Assembly: GCF_001457615.1 (NCBI RefSeq)
Contig: NZ_LN831024.1
Location: forward strand, 510,001 to 542,000
Direction of reading: 5' to 3'
DNA: 32,000 nt
Source of the DNA: Pseudomonas aeruginosa
Lineage (GTDB): Bacteria; Pseudomonadota; Gammaproteobacteria; Pseudomonadales; Pseudomonadaceae
This document shows, piece after piece, positions 24,637 to 32,000 of this stretch (positions are counted from its first letter, which is position 1; each line of letters starts with the position of its first letter). The notes below the pieces were generated by a model. It worked only from the letters and a program-made list of their open reading frames with translations. It had not been told where the DNA came from and did not search any database. A program made the position numbers and the translations under genes.

Positions 24637-25152
24637 ATGGATCACCTGGTCCTGACCGTGATCGCCACCGACCATCCCGGCCTGGTCGAGCGCATCGCCC
24701 AATGCATCGCCTCCCACGGCGGCAACTGGCTGGAAAGCCGCATGTCGCGGATGGCCGGGCAGTTCGCCGGGATACTGCGGGTGGCCGTGCCGGCGGAAGG
24801 CTACGACGAACTGGTGGAAGGGCTACAGGGCCTGTCCAGCCACGGTATCCGCGTGCTCCTGGCGGAAAGCGGGATCGAGCCGGTATGCAACTGGAAGCCT
24901 ATCCACCTCGACCTGGTGGGCAACGACCGCCCCGGTATCGTGCGCGACATCACCCGGCTGCTGGCCGAGCACGGGGTGAACCTGGAGAGCCTGTCCACCG
25001 AAGTGCGCCCGGCGCCGATGAGCAGCGAACCGCTGTTCCATGCCGATGCGCTGCTGGCGGTGCCGCTGACCCTGTCGCTGGACACCCTGCGCGAGCGACT
25101 GGAAGACCTGGCCGACGACCTGATGGTGGAGTTGGTGCTGGACGCGTCCTGA
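24637..25152 (+). CDS. ACT-domain protein, GcvR-like (glycine cleavage system regulator family)
   Basis: 171 aa. GGAGG RBS 24625-24629. Two ACT-like halves: LVLTVIATDHPGLVERIAQCIASHGGNWLESRM and HLDLVGNDRPGIVRDITRLLAEHGVNLESL. Confidence 0.75.
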   Translation: MDHLVLTVIATDHPGLVERIAQCIASHGGNWLESRMSRMAGQFAGILRVAVPAEGYDELVEGLQGLSSHGIRVLLAESGIEPVCNWKPIHLDLVGNDRPGIVRDITRLLAEHGVNLESLSTEVRPAPMSSEPLFHADALLAVPLTLSLDTLRERLEDLADDLMVELVLDAS

Positions 25153-25177
25153 AGTTGTTCAGGAAAGCCGGGGACGG

Positions 25178-25751
25178 GCCTGTGGAAAAGCCTTGGGTGA
25201 AACCCTGAAGCCCAGGCGCCGCGAGGCTTGGAGGTCGTAGCGCGTTTTTTGACCAGCTGCGTTGCGGTTATTCCCAAACCAGGTGGACCAGCCTGTGGGT
25301 ATTCTGTGTGGATAACCTTGCAGGCCTCTATCCATGGGCGATACAAGGGTTTGATCGTTTTCTGAGCAGCCTCTCTTGCGCTTTTGCTTGTGGATTAACC
25401 TTCGCCGCTATCGTTGCCCCTGTGCACAAATAACGTGGAGCAGTCTGTGGGTAAGCCGGGGAAAAATCCATGAAGGCCTTTATTCATCGGTATTACAGGT
25501 ATCCGTACGTTTTTTGATCGATGGCTTTTCCGGTTCATCCACAGTTGCTCACAAAAGCCTTGGGCAGATTTGTGGATAAGCCTTGTGTATATCGTTGTAA
25601 CCCTTGGTAAGCCTTGCATGCAGCGGTATGCTCAAAGACTGATCAGGCGCTTTGCAGGGCCTCTTCCGAAGAGTTATCCACGTGCCTGCGGAGAGGAGAA
25701 GGCAGGTATATGCACAAAGTGCGTGCATGATCCTGTGGAAAAGCCTGGGGT
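25178..25751. other. Cluster of DnaA-box-like 9-mers in a long AT-enriched non-coding region
   Basis: Perfect TTATCCACA (seen as TGTGGATAA on the + strand) at 25307-25315 and 25571-25579. One-mismatch boxes: 25181-25189 and 25734-25742 (TTTTCCACA), 25389-25397 (TAATCCACA), 25446-25454 (TTACCCACA), 25535-25543 (TCATCCACA, + orientation) and 25674-25682 (TTATCCACG, + orientation). Weaker sites at 25294, 25421 and 25708. Confidence 0.75.
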
Positions 25752-25805
25752 GGATCGCTGAGCGTCAGTATTGGCGGGGGATAGGAAGGAGTGCGTGTTT
25801 TTTCG

Positions 25806-25833
25806 CCAGGCTTGCGGAGTTCCGCAAGCCTGG
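25806..25833. other. Perfect 13-bp-arm inverted repeat 8 nt downstream of the rarD stop
   Basis: CCAGGCTTGCGGA GT TCCGCAAGCCTGG. The T6 run lies on the wrong side for a canonical rarD terminator: an A-run follows the hairpin on the rarD strand. Confidence 0.35.
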
Positions 25834-25841
25834 GGATAACG

Positions 25842-26738
25842 TCAGCCCGGCTGGGGAAGGCGGCGCAGGCTGCGCCAGGCGTCGAAGCTGTAGACGGCCA
25901 GGGCGAGCCAGATGAAAGCGAAGGCGGTCAGGCGGCTGGAGTCCAGATGCTCGCCGAACAGCAGGATCGCCTGTAGCAGGACCAGCGTCGGCGCCAGGTA
26001 TTGCAGGAAGCCCAGGGTGGCGTAGGGCAGGTGCCTTGCCGCAGCGTTGAAGCAGACCAGCGGAACCAGCGTCACCGGGCCCGCGGCGACCACCCACAGG
26101 GCTTCCGGGGTGCTCCAGAAAGCCGTTTCGCTGGTCGGCCCGTCGGCGAAAAACAGCAACCAGACCAGCGCCAGCGGCAGCAGCAGCCAGGTTTCCACCA
26201 CCAGTCCGGGCAGCGCGGCGACCGGCGCCTTTTTGCGGATCAGGCCGTAGAAGCCGAAGGTCAGGGCCAGCACCAGCGACACCCAAGGCAGGCTGCCGAG
26301 TTGCCAGACCTGCTGCGCCACGCCCAGCGAAGCCAGGGCTACCGCCAGCCATTGCAGGGGACGCAGGCGTTCCTTGAGCAGCAACATGCCGAGCATCACG
26401 TTGATCAGCGGATTGATGTAGTAGCCCAGGCTGGCTTCCAGCATGTGGCCGTTGTTCACCGCCCAGACATAGGTCATCCAGTTGCTGGCGATCAGCAGTC
26501 CGCTGGCGGCCAGCACGACGAAGCGCTGCGGATTCTGGCGTAGCTCGCGCCACCAGCCCGGGTGCTTCCAGAACAGCAGCAGGACGGCGCCGAACAGGGC
26601 CGACCAGACCGCGCGCTGTACGATGATTTCCACCGCGGGAATGCGTTCGAGCAGTTTGAAGTAGAGCGGGAACAGTCCCCAGATCACATAAGCCGTCAGG
26701 CCGAGGACATAGCCCCGACGGAGGTTGGCGGTCGCCAT
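25842..26738 (-). CDS. rarD: EamA/DMT-family transporter RarD
   Basis: 298 aa. MATANLRRGYVLGLTAYVIWGLFPLYFKLL, with 10 predicted TM segments typical of RarD. Confidence 0.85.
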   Translation of the reverse strand: MATANLRRGYVLGLTAYVIWGLFPLYFKLLERIPAVEIIVQRAVWSALFGAVLLLFWKHPGWWRELRQNPQRFVVLAASGLLIASNWMTYVWAVNNGHMLEASLGYYINPLINVMLGMLLLKERLRPLQWLAVALASLGVAQQVWQLGSLPWVSLVLALTFGFYGLIRKKAPVAALPGLVVETWLLLPLALVWLLFFADGPTSETAFWSTPEALWVVAAGPVTLVPLVCFNAAARHLPYATLGFLQYLAPTLVLLQAILLFGEHLDSSRLTAFAFIWLALAVYSFDAWRSLRRLPQPG

Positions 26739-26940
26739 GGAGAATCCTTGAAACGTCAGGCAGGTAAGAATGGCCGTGCACGGTATGCACGCGCGGATGA
26801 CCTGTGAATTCTAGTAGGGGGGTGGCGAGCTTGTCTGCGCACAGTTCCCGCGGAAAAGCACCGGCACACTTGCCGTTCCCTCGCCTGCCCCGCGGCGGGA
26901 CGGATAGCGCCGCGCGCCATTCGCCCCGTCCGCAGGAGGC

Positions 26941-27915
26941 TCAGAACAGCCGCAGCGGTTCCTCGTCCAGCGCCGCCAGTTGTTCGCGCAGCACCAGCAC
27001 CTGCTCGCCCCAGTAACGTTCGCTGCCGAACCAGGGGAAGCTCGGCGGGAACGCCGGGTCGTCCCAGCGCCGCGCGAGCCAGGCGCTGTAGTGCATCAGG
27101 CGGAGGCTGCGCAGGCCTTCGAGCAGCGGTAGCTGGCGCGGCTCGAAGTCGTGGAACTCGTTGTAGCCGTCGACCAGTTCGGCAATCTGCGCCAGGCGTT
27201 CGTGGCGCTCGCCGGCGAGCATCATCCACAGGTCCTGGAGGGCCGGGCCCATGCGGCAGTCGTCGAGATCGACCATGTGGTAGACCTCGTCGCGGCACAG
27301 CAGGTTGCCCGGATGGCAGTCGCCGTGCAGGCGGATCGGCTGGTAGGGCACCTCGGCGAACAGGGCGTCGAGGCGTTTCAGCAGGTCGCGGGCGACCGAC
27401 TCGTAGGCCGGCAGCAGGCTCCTGGGGATGAAATTGCCTTCCAGCAGGGTGGCCAGCGAGGCGTGGCCGAAGTTATCCACAGCGAGCGCCTCGCGGTGCT
27501 CGAACGGCCGCGTGGCGCCGACCGCGTGCAGGCGGCCGAGCAACTGGCCGAGGCGGTAGAGCTGGTCGAGATTGCCCGGCTCGGGCGCGCGCCCGCCGCG
27601 CCGGGGGAACAGGGCGAAGCGGAAGCCGGAGAATGCGAACAGGCTTTCGCCGTCGCGCGACAGCGGCGCCACCACCGGCACCTCGCATTCCGCCAGCTCG
27701 GCGGAGAAGGCGTGCTCCTCGCGGATCGCCGCGTCGCTCCAGCGGTCCGGTCGGTAGAACTTGGCGATCAGCGGCTCGCCGTCCTCGATGCCGACCTGGT
27801 ACACGCGGTTTTCGTAGCTGTTGAGCGCCAGCACCCGTGCGTCGCTGAGATAGCCGAGGCTTTCCACGGCATCCAGGACGAGGTCGGGGGTCAGTTGGTC
27901 GAAGGGATGGGACAT
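26941..27915 (-). CDS. srkA: Stress-response Ser/Thr kinase SrkA (YihE/RdoA family)
   Basis: 324 aa. Start ...LNSYENRVYQV.... Catalytic loop HGDCHPGNLL and metal-binding VDLDD. Confidence 0.85.
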   Translation of the reverse strand: MSHPFDQLTPDLVLDAVESLGYLSDARVLALNSYENRVYQVGIEDGEPLIAKFYRPDRWSDAAIREEHAFSAELAECEVPVVAPLSRDGESLFAFSGFRFALFPRRGGRAPEPGNLDQLYRLGQLLGRLHAVGATRPFEHREALAVDNFGHASLATLLEGNFIPRSLLPAYESVARDLLKRLDALFAEVPYQPIRLHGDCHPGNLLCRDEVYHMVDLDDCRMGPALQDLWMMLAGERHERLAQIAELVDGYNEFHDFEPRQLPLLEGLRSLRLMHYSAWLARRWDDPAFPPSFPWFGSERYWGEQVLVLREQLAALDEEPLRLF

Positions 27916-27976
27916 GACGGGGCATCCAAGGCTCGAAAGACCCCTAGTGTACGCAAGCCGGCGCGGGCCGGCAGGT

Positions 27977-28735
27977 TCACAGCGGCGTGCCGAGCAGGAC
28001 CTGGGCCGGATCGAAGGAGGCGATCACCTTCTGACCCTTCTTCAGCCCCAGGCTGGCCAGGCGTTCGCCGGACAACAGCGCGCAGAGGGTAAGACCGCTG
28101 CCCAGGGCGATGCGCACCTCGCTGGGACCGGCCTTGGCCGCGAGGATTTCCTCCAGGGTGCCGTGCAACTGGTTCGGCTGGTCCTCGCGCGGTTCCAGCC
28201 CGACGTCCAGCCAGCCGGCCTTGATCAGCGCCAGTACCGGGCGGCCGCGACCGAGTTCGAGTTGCTCGGTGCTGGCGCGGGTGATCAGCGCCTCGATGCG
28301 TTGCTGGCCTGGCAGCTCGATGGCGATGCGGTCGTGGAAGCCTTCGCCATGGATCGACAGGACCCGCCCGTGCAATTGGTTGCGTGCGCTGGTGCGGAGC
28401 ATCAGGCGGCCGATCAGGTTGAGGTCCTCGGCGTCTTCCGCGGCCTGCAACACCTGCGCTTGCAAGGCTTCCAGGCGCCGGTAGAGAGCCAGCAGGCGTT
28501 CGCCCTCGGCGGTCAGCCGGGCGCCGCCGCCGCCCTTGCCGCCGACGCTACGCTCGACCAGCGGACGCTCGGCCAGGTTGTTCAGTTCGTCGATGGCGTC
28601 CCAGGCGCCCTTGTAGCTGATGCCCACGGCCTTCGCCGCACGGGTGATGGAGCCCAGTTCGGCGATCTGCGCGAGCAGGGCGATGCGTTGCGGGCGACGG
28701 GTGACGTGCTGGGCGAGAGTGGAGAGTGCGGACAT
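27977..28735 (-). CDS. modE: Molybdate-dependent transcriptional regulator ModE
   Basis: ATG 28735 gives 252 aa. N-terminal HTH GSITRAAKAVGISYKGAWDAIDELNNLAERPLVERSVGGKGGGGARLT and tandem Mop domains in the C-terminus. Confidence 0.85.
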   Translation of the reverse strand: MSALSTLAQHVTRRPQRIALLAQIAELGSITRAAKAVGISYKGAWDAIDELNNLAERPLVERSVGGKGGGGARLTAEGERLLALYRRLEALQAQVLQAAEDAEDLNLIGRLMLRTSARNQLHGRVLSIHGEGFHDRIAIELPGQQRIEALITRASTEQLELGRGRPVLALIKAGWLDVGLEPREDQPNQLHGTLEEILAAKAGPSEVRIALGSGLTLCALLSGERLASLGLKKGQKVIASFDPAQVLLGTPL

Positions 28736-28802
28736 GGAAGCTTCGCTATGAGCGGACGTATACGGCGAAGGCTCCAACAGCCATGGGCAAAACGCAAGGG
28801 CG

Positions 28803-29123
28803 TCACTCGGCGGCCTGGTAGAGACCGTAGCCGGCGGCGGCGCCGGCCAGGTCCCAGGCGAGGTCCTTCCAGCTCCAGCCGCTGCCGGCGGAACGGCTGT
28901 CGTAGAGTTCCTTGCCGACGCCGAAGGCGAGCGAGAAGCTCAGGCCGAAGCGTGCCTGGCGAGCACCGTGCAGGCCGCGGTCGTGGGCCATCTGCATGCC
29001 CGCCGCGGTAAGGGCCGCGGAACTGGCGAAATGCAGGGCCTTGTCTTCGCCCAGCCAGTCGTCTTCGGCGAAGTGGCTGCAACCGCCGAGCAACAGGCAG
29101 GCCACGACCAGCAGTGCGCGCAT
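28803..29123 (-). CDS. Small lipoprotein (YfiM/DUF2279-like)
   Basis: 106 aa. Lipobox LLLGGC in MRALLVVACLLLGGCSH. Conserved DKxxHF and KELxD motifs. Confidence 0.7.
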   Translation of the reverse strand: MRALLVVACLLLGGCSHFAEDDWLGEDKALHFASSAALTAAGMQMAHDRGLHGARQARFGLSFSLAFGVGKELYDSRSAGSGWSWKDLAWDLAGAAAGYGLYQAAE

Positions 29124-29164
29124 GGATCCTCTCCCGTATCGGTTGCGCGGCAGTTTAGCCCAGC

Positions 29165-29890
29165 TCAGCCGGGCTTCGGCGTGCGCGCCAGGCAGTAGAC
29201 GTCGACCCGCGCGGCGCCCGCCCGGCGCAACAGGCGGGAAAGGCGCTCGGCGGTGGCCCCGGTGGTGAGCACGTCGTCCACCAGTGCCAGGTGCAGCCCG
29301 CGAACATCGCTGGCGGGCGCCAGGGCGAAGGCGTGGCGCAGGTTGCGCCGCCGCACCGTCGCGTCCAGCCCCTGCTGGGCCGGAGTATCCAGCACTCGCC
29401 GCAGGCTGTGCGGATCGCAGTGCAGGTCCAGCTCGCCAGCCAGTCGCTCGGCGAGCTGTTGCGCCTGGTTGAAGCCGCGACGACGTTCGCGCCGAGGCGC
29501 CAGCGGGACCGGCAGCAGGCGTGCCGGGCGCGGCAGGCCTTCGGCGTAGCGTTGCCGCAGGTGTTCCGCCAGCAACTCGCCGAGCAGCCGCCCCAGCGGC
29601 CAGGCCGCCTGGTGCTTGAAGCGGTTGATCAGGCTGTCGAGCGGAAAGGCGTAGCGCCAGGGCGCGATCGCCTGTTCATAGGCCGGCGGGCGGCGCAGGC
29701 ACTCGCCGCACACCTGGCCGTCCAGCGGCAGGGGCAGGGCGCAGCGCCGGCACTGCTGGCGCGACCAGGGCAGGTCGGCGGCACAGGCGCGGCACAGCGG
29801 GCGGGGCGGCTGGTCGCTGCGGGCGGCGCAGAGCAGGCAGGCCGGCGGCGGCAAAAGCCAGCGCGTGAGAGGACGAAGCGGGAACGACAT
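29165..29890 (-). CDS. ComF-family phosphoribosyltransferase-domain protein
   Basis: ATG 29890 lies 7 nt after AGGAAG and gives 241 aa. N-terminal Cys pairs (CLLC...CRAC...CRRC...CGEC) and PRTase motif LALVDDVLTTGAT. Confidence 0.8.
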   Translation of the reverse strand: MSFPLRPLTRWLLPPPACLLCAARSDQPPRPLCRACAADLPWSRQQCRRCALPLPLDGQVCGECLRRPPAYEQAIAPWRYAFPLDSLINRFKHQAAWPLGRLLGELLAEHLRQRYAEGLPRPARLLPVPLAPRRERRRGFNQAQQLAERLAGELDLHCDPHSLRRVLDTPAQQGLDATVRRRNLRHAFALAPASDVRGLHLALVDDVLTTGATAERLSRLLRRAGAARVDVYCLARTPKPG

Positions 29891-29975
29891 GGCGGGACTT
29901 CCTGGCGGATGTCGCACCATGCAACCGCAGGCGCGCGCCGCCGACCAGCCGTTGCCAGCGGGTTCGGAACTCGCC

Positions 29976-29984
29976 TGTGGATAA
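29976..29984 (-). promoter_or_regulatory. Isolated perfect DnaA box (TTATCCACA) upstream of the ComF-family gene
   Basis: TGTGGATAA on the + strand, 86 nt upstream of ATG 29890, flanked by the imperfect inverted repeat GGTTCGG...CCGAAACC. Confidence 0.5.
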
Positions 29985-30028
29985 CCGAAACCTTCCTTCG
30001 CTCCTTGCGGAAACGGCCGACGCGTGGA

Positions 30029-30322
30029 TCAGTGGATGAGCCAGCTCATGACGATCAGGCCGAGCACCGTCCAGATCACCCCGCCGACTATCGAGCGGCG
30101 CATGAAGGCGCGTATACCGCTGTAGAGCAGCAACAGGCCGAGCACCAGGAAGACGAAGCTGAACAGCGATGCGTCCATGCCGATGGCCCTGGCCAGGCCG
30201 TGGAGGAAGTCGTCCATGGCGCCCCAGATGCCGCCCAGCAGGCCGGAGAGCAGGTCCACCACGAAGCGGATCGCCCTGCCCAGCATCTCGCCCAGTCCGT
30301 CGAAAAAGCCTTCTGTACCCAT
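30029..30322 (-). CDS. Small hypothetical membrane protein (97 aa)
   Basis: AGGACAGGA lies upstream of ATG 30322. Two C-terminal hydrophobic helices (LFSFVFLVLGLLLLY and VIWTVLGLIVMSWLI). Confidence 0.6.
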   Translation of the reverse strand: MGTEGFFDGLGEMLGRAIRFVVDLLSGLLGGIWGAMDDFLHGLARAIGMDASLFSFVFLVLGLLLLYSGIRAFMRRSIVGGVIWTVLGLIVMSWLIH

Positions 30323-30375
30323 GAGTGTCCTGTCCTGAGTGTTCCCAGCGTTGGATCAGAGATTAGCCGCCGGGT

Positions 30376-31302
30376 TCAGCGCCGGCTGCTGCTTTGCTGC
30401 GGAGCGAGGAACGACTGGCGGAAGTATTCGCGGAACGCGCGCATCCCGGCGCTCGCTTCGGTGTCGCGGCGCCAGGCCAGGCCGACGCTCATCGACGGCA
30501 CCGGGTCGAGCAGCGATAGCGTCTCGATGCGTTTGCCTTCCAGCGACCAGGGCCGGTACACCAGGTCGGAGAGGATGGCCACGCCGGAGCCGTTGGCGAC
30601 CATGCTGCGCACCGCTTCCACCGAACTGGTATGGAGGATCACCTGTGGCCGGTGGCCGCTCTGTTGCCAGTAGCGCAGCGCGCTCTGCCCGGCCTCGTCG
30701 ACGGTGAGCATGATGTAGGGCTCGCCGGCCACGTCGGCAAGGCCCAGGTCGGCCTTCTCGCCCAGCGGATGGCGGCTGGGCAGCCACAACCGGCGCTCGG
30801 AGTTGAACAGGGTTTCGGCGGCGATCCCGGGCTCGGTGAGATTGCCGGTGAGCAGCACGGCGATGTCGTAGCGACCGTCGAGGAGGCCGCGCTCGATGCT
30901 GGCGCGCTCGTCCTCGAACAGTTGCAGCTCCAGTTCCGGGTACCACTGCGCCAGGCGTTGCAGGTGGTGGGGGAGGAAATAGCCCATCACGGTATAGCTG
31001 GCGGCGACCTTCAGGGTGCCTTCGACCCGGGTGTCCGGTTGCGGGCTGTTGAGCGCGTCGTCGACGCTGCGCTGGATCGAATAGGCGTGGTTGAGGAAGT
31101 GCCGGCCGCTGTCGGTCAGGTTCATGCCCTGGGCCGTGCGGGTGAACAGGGCGACGCCGAGCATGCCCTCCAGTTCCTGGATCGCGCTGGTCACCGCCGA
31201 CTGCGAGATGTTCAGGTGGATGGCGGCCTGGGATATCTGGCCGAACTCGGCGGTGGCGATGAAGTAGCGAACCTGGCGGAGGGTCAGGGCCATGGGGAGC
31301 AT
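30376..31302 (-). CDS. LysR-family transcriptional regulator
   Basis: HTH LTLRQVRYFIATAEFGQISQAAIHLNISQSAVTSAIQELE plus an effector domain. The start is either ATG 31302 or ATG 31293, and neither has a clear SD. Divergent from pxpA. Confidence 0.85.
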   Translation of the reverse strand: MLPMALTLRQVRYFIATAEFGQISQAAIHLNISQSAVTSAIQELEGMLGVALFTRTAQGMNLTDSGRHFLNHAYSIQRSVDDALNSPQPDTRVEGTLKVAASYTVMGYFLPHHLQRLAQWYPELELQLFEDERASIERGLLDGRYDIAVLLTGNLTEPGIAAETLFNSERRLWLPSRHPLGEKADLGLADVAGEPYIMLTVDEAGQSALRYWQQSGHRPQVILHTSSVEAVRSMVANGSGVAILSDLVYRPWSLEGKRIETLSLLDPVPSMSVGLAWRRDTEASAGMRAFREYFRQSFLAPQQSSSRR

Positions 31303-31419
31303 CCGGAGGAGGTATCTGTTTTTCAGAAACCAGTCTATCGAATAATAAATCTACCCAATACCTTTCCCGGCTTTTACCGTGGCTCCATCCAACAACAAGA
31401 CAGATGAGGCCTGCGGGCA

Positions 31420-32000
31420 ATGACTGAAGTCGACCTCAATTCCGACATGGGCGAAGGCTTCGGCCCATGGACCATCGGCGATGGCGTGGACGCGGCGATC
31501 ATGCCGCTGATCAGCAGCGCCAACATCGCCACCGGTTTCCATGCCGGCGACCCGAGCAGCATGCGCCGCACCGTGGAGATGGCCGCCGAGCATGGCGTGG
31601 CCATCGGCGCCCATCCGGGCTTCCGCGACCTGGTCGGCTTCGGGCGTCGGCACATCGCCGCGCCGGCCATCGAGCTGGTCAACGACATGCTCTACCAGCT
31701 TGGCGCACTGCGCGAATTCGCCCGGCTGCAGGGCCTGTCGCTGCAACACGTCAAGCCCCACGGCGCGCTCTACATGCACCTGGCGCGGGACGAGGTCGCC
31801 GCGCGCCTGTTCGTCGAGACCCTGCAACGCCTGGAACCGGAACTGCTGCTCTATTGCATGCCCGGTTCGGCCACCTGGCGCATCGGCCGGGAACTGGGCC
31901 AGCCGCTGGTGCGCGAGTTCTACGCCGACCGCGACTACGACCGCAGCGGCTCCATCGTCTTCACCCGGCGGGTCGCCGCCCTCGATCCGCAGCAGGTCGC
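31420..32000 (+). CDS. pxpA: 5-oxoprolinase subunit A (LamB/YcsF family), 5' part running off the right edge
   Basis: ATG 31420: [45 protein letters not shown].... The frame is open to the window end, and it is absent from the ORF track because no stop is reached. Confidence 0.85.
   Translation, partial: MTEVDLNSDMGEGFGPWTIGDGVDAAIMPLISSANIATGFHAGDPSSMRRTVEMAAEHGVAIGAHPGFRDLVGFGRRHIAAPAIELVNDMLYQLGALREFARLQGLSLQHVKPHGALYMHLARDEVAARLFVETLQRLEPELLLYCMPGSATWRIGRELGQPLVREFYADRDYDRSGSIVFTRRVAALDPQQV

Noticed and set aside
25376-25761. Small ORFs inside the DnaA-box region (25376-25579 +, 25395-25619 -, 25570-25761 +)
   Set aside because: No Shine-Dalgarno sequences. They overlap one another on both strands, their codon usage is unlike the GC3-rich genes of the window, and their peptides are not recognisable. 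The region is better explained as non-coding.
25153-25841. Possibility that the repeat-containing gap is a CRISPR array, a mobile element/MITE or the chromosomal origin oriC
   Set aside because: CRISPR: the repeats are short (about 17-21 bp), degenerate and irregularly spaced (57-126 bp between neighbouring boxes), some are inverted, and there are no cas genes. Mobile element: no transposase or terminal inverted repeats; the 21-bp flanking direct repeats are members of the internal motif family rather than target duplications. oriC: the neighbourhood lacks dnaA, dnaN, rpmH and gidA, which flank the known Pseudomonas origin, and I see no clear 13-mer unwinding repeats. An origin-like relic is kept only as an alternative in the finding.

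Overview
High-GC gammaproteobacterial chromosome. Gene content and order (Clp-type chaperone tail, creBCD, fiuA-fiuR-fiuI, glcB, rarD, srkA/yihE, modE, pxpA) match, from memory, the Pseudomonas aeruginosa core region PA0459 to PA0492; I could not run BLAST to confirm this. I support about 35 protein-coding genes. Most long ORFs in the track are off-frame or antisense artefacts of the GC-rich sequence. I see no rRNA, tRNA, CRISPR array, transposase, integrase or recognisable defence or secretion gene cluster, so this looks like ordinary core genome rather than an island. The best candidate for something undescribed is non-coding: a roughly 690-bp, visibly AT-enriched gap (25153-25841) between two convergent genes. 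It holds eight DnaA-box-like 9-mers (two perfect TTATCCACA), mostly in one orientation, sharing an extended TGTGGAWAAGCC motif and bounded by near-identical 21-bp direct repeats. It could be a datA/DARS-like DnaA-binding locus or an iteron-like relic. Other points worth a second look: (1) the anti-sigma gene fiuR and a LysR regulator (19310-20243) each appear frameshifted next to a 3-nt G/C run, which is either real pseudogenisation or an assembly error; (2) a diverged 78-bp tandem repeat (about 2.8 copies) encodes an unusual N-terminal extension of an NCS1 permease, which also has a good sigma54-type promoter and a perfect upstream palindrome; (3) a perfect 24-bp palindrome lies in front of a thioesterase-TetR operon; (4) three direct repeats with 11-bp phasing lie upstream of creD; (5) one REP-like palindrome family sits at three convergent gene junctions.
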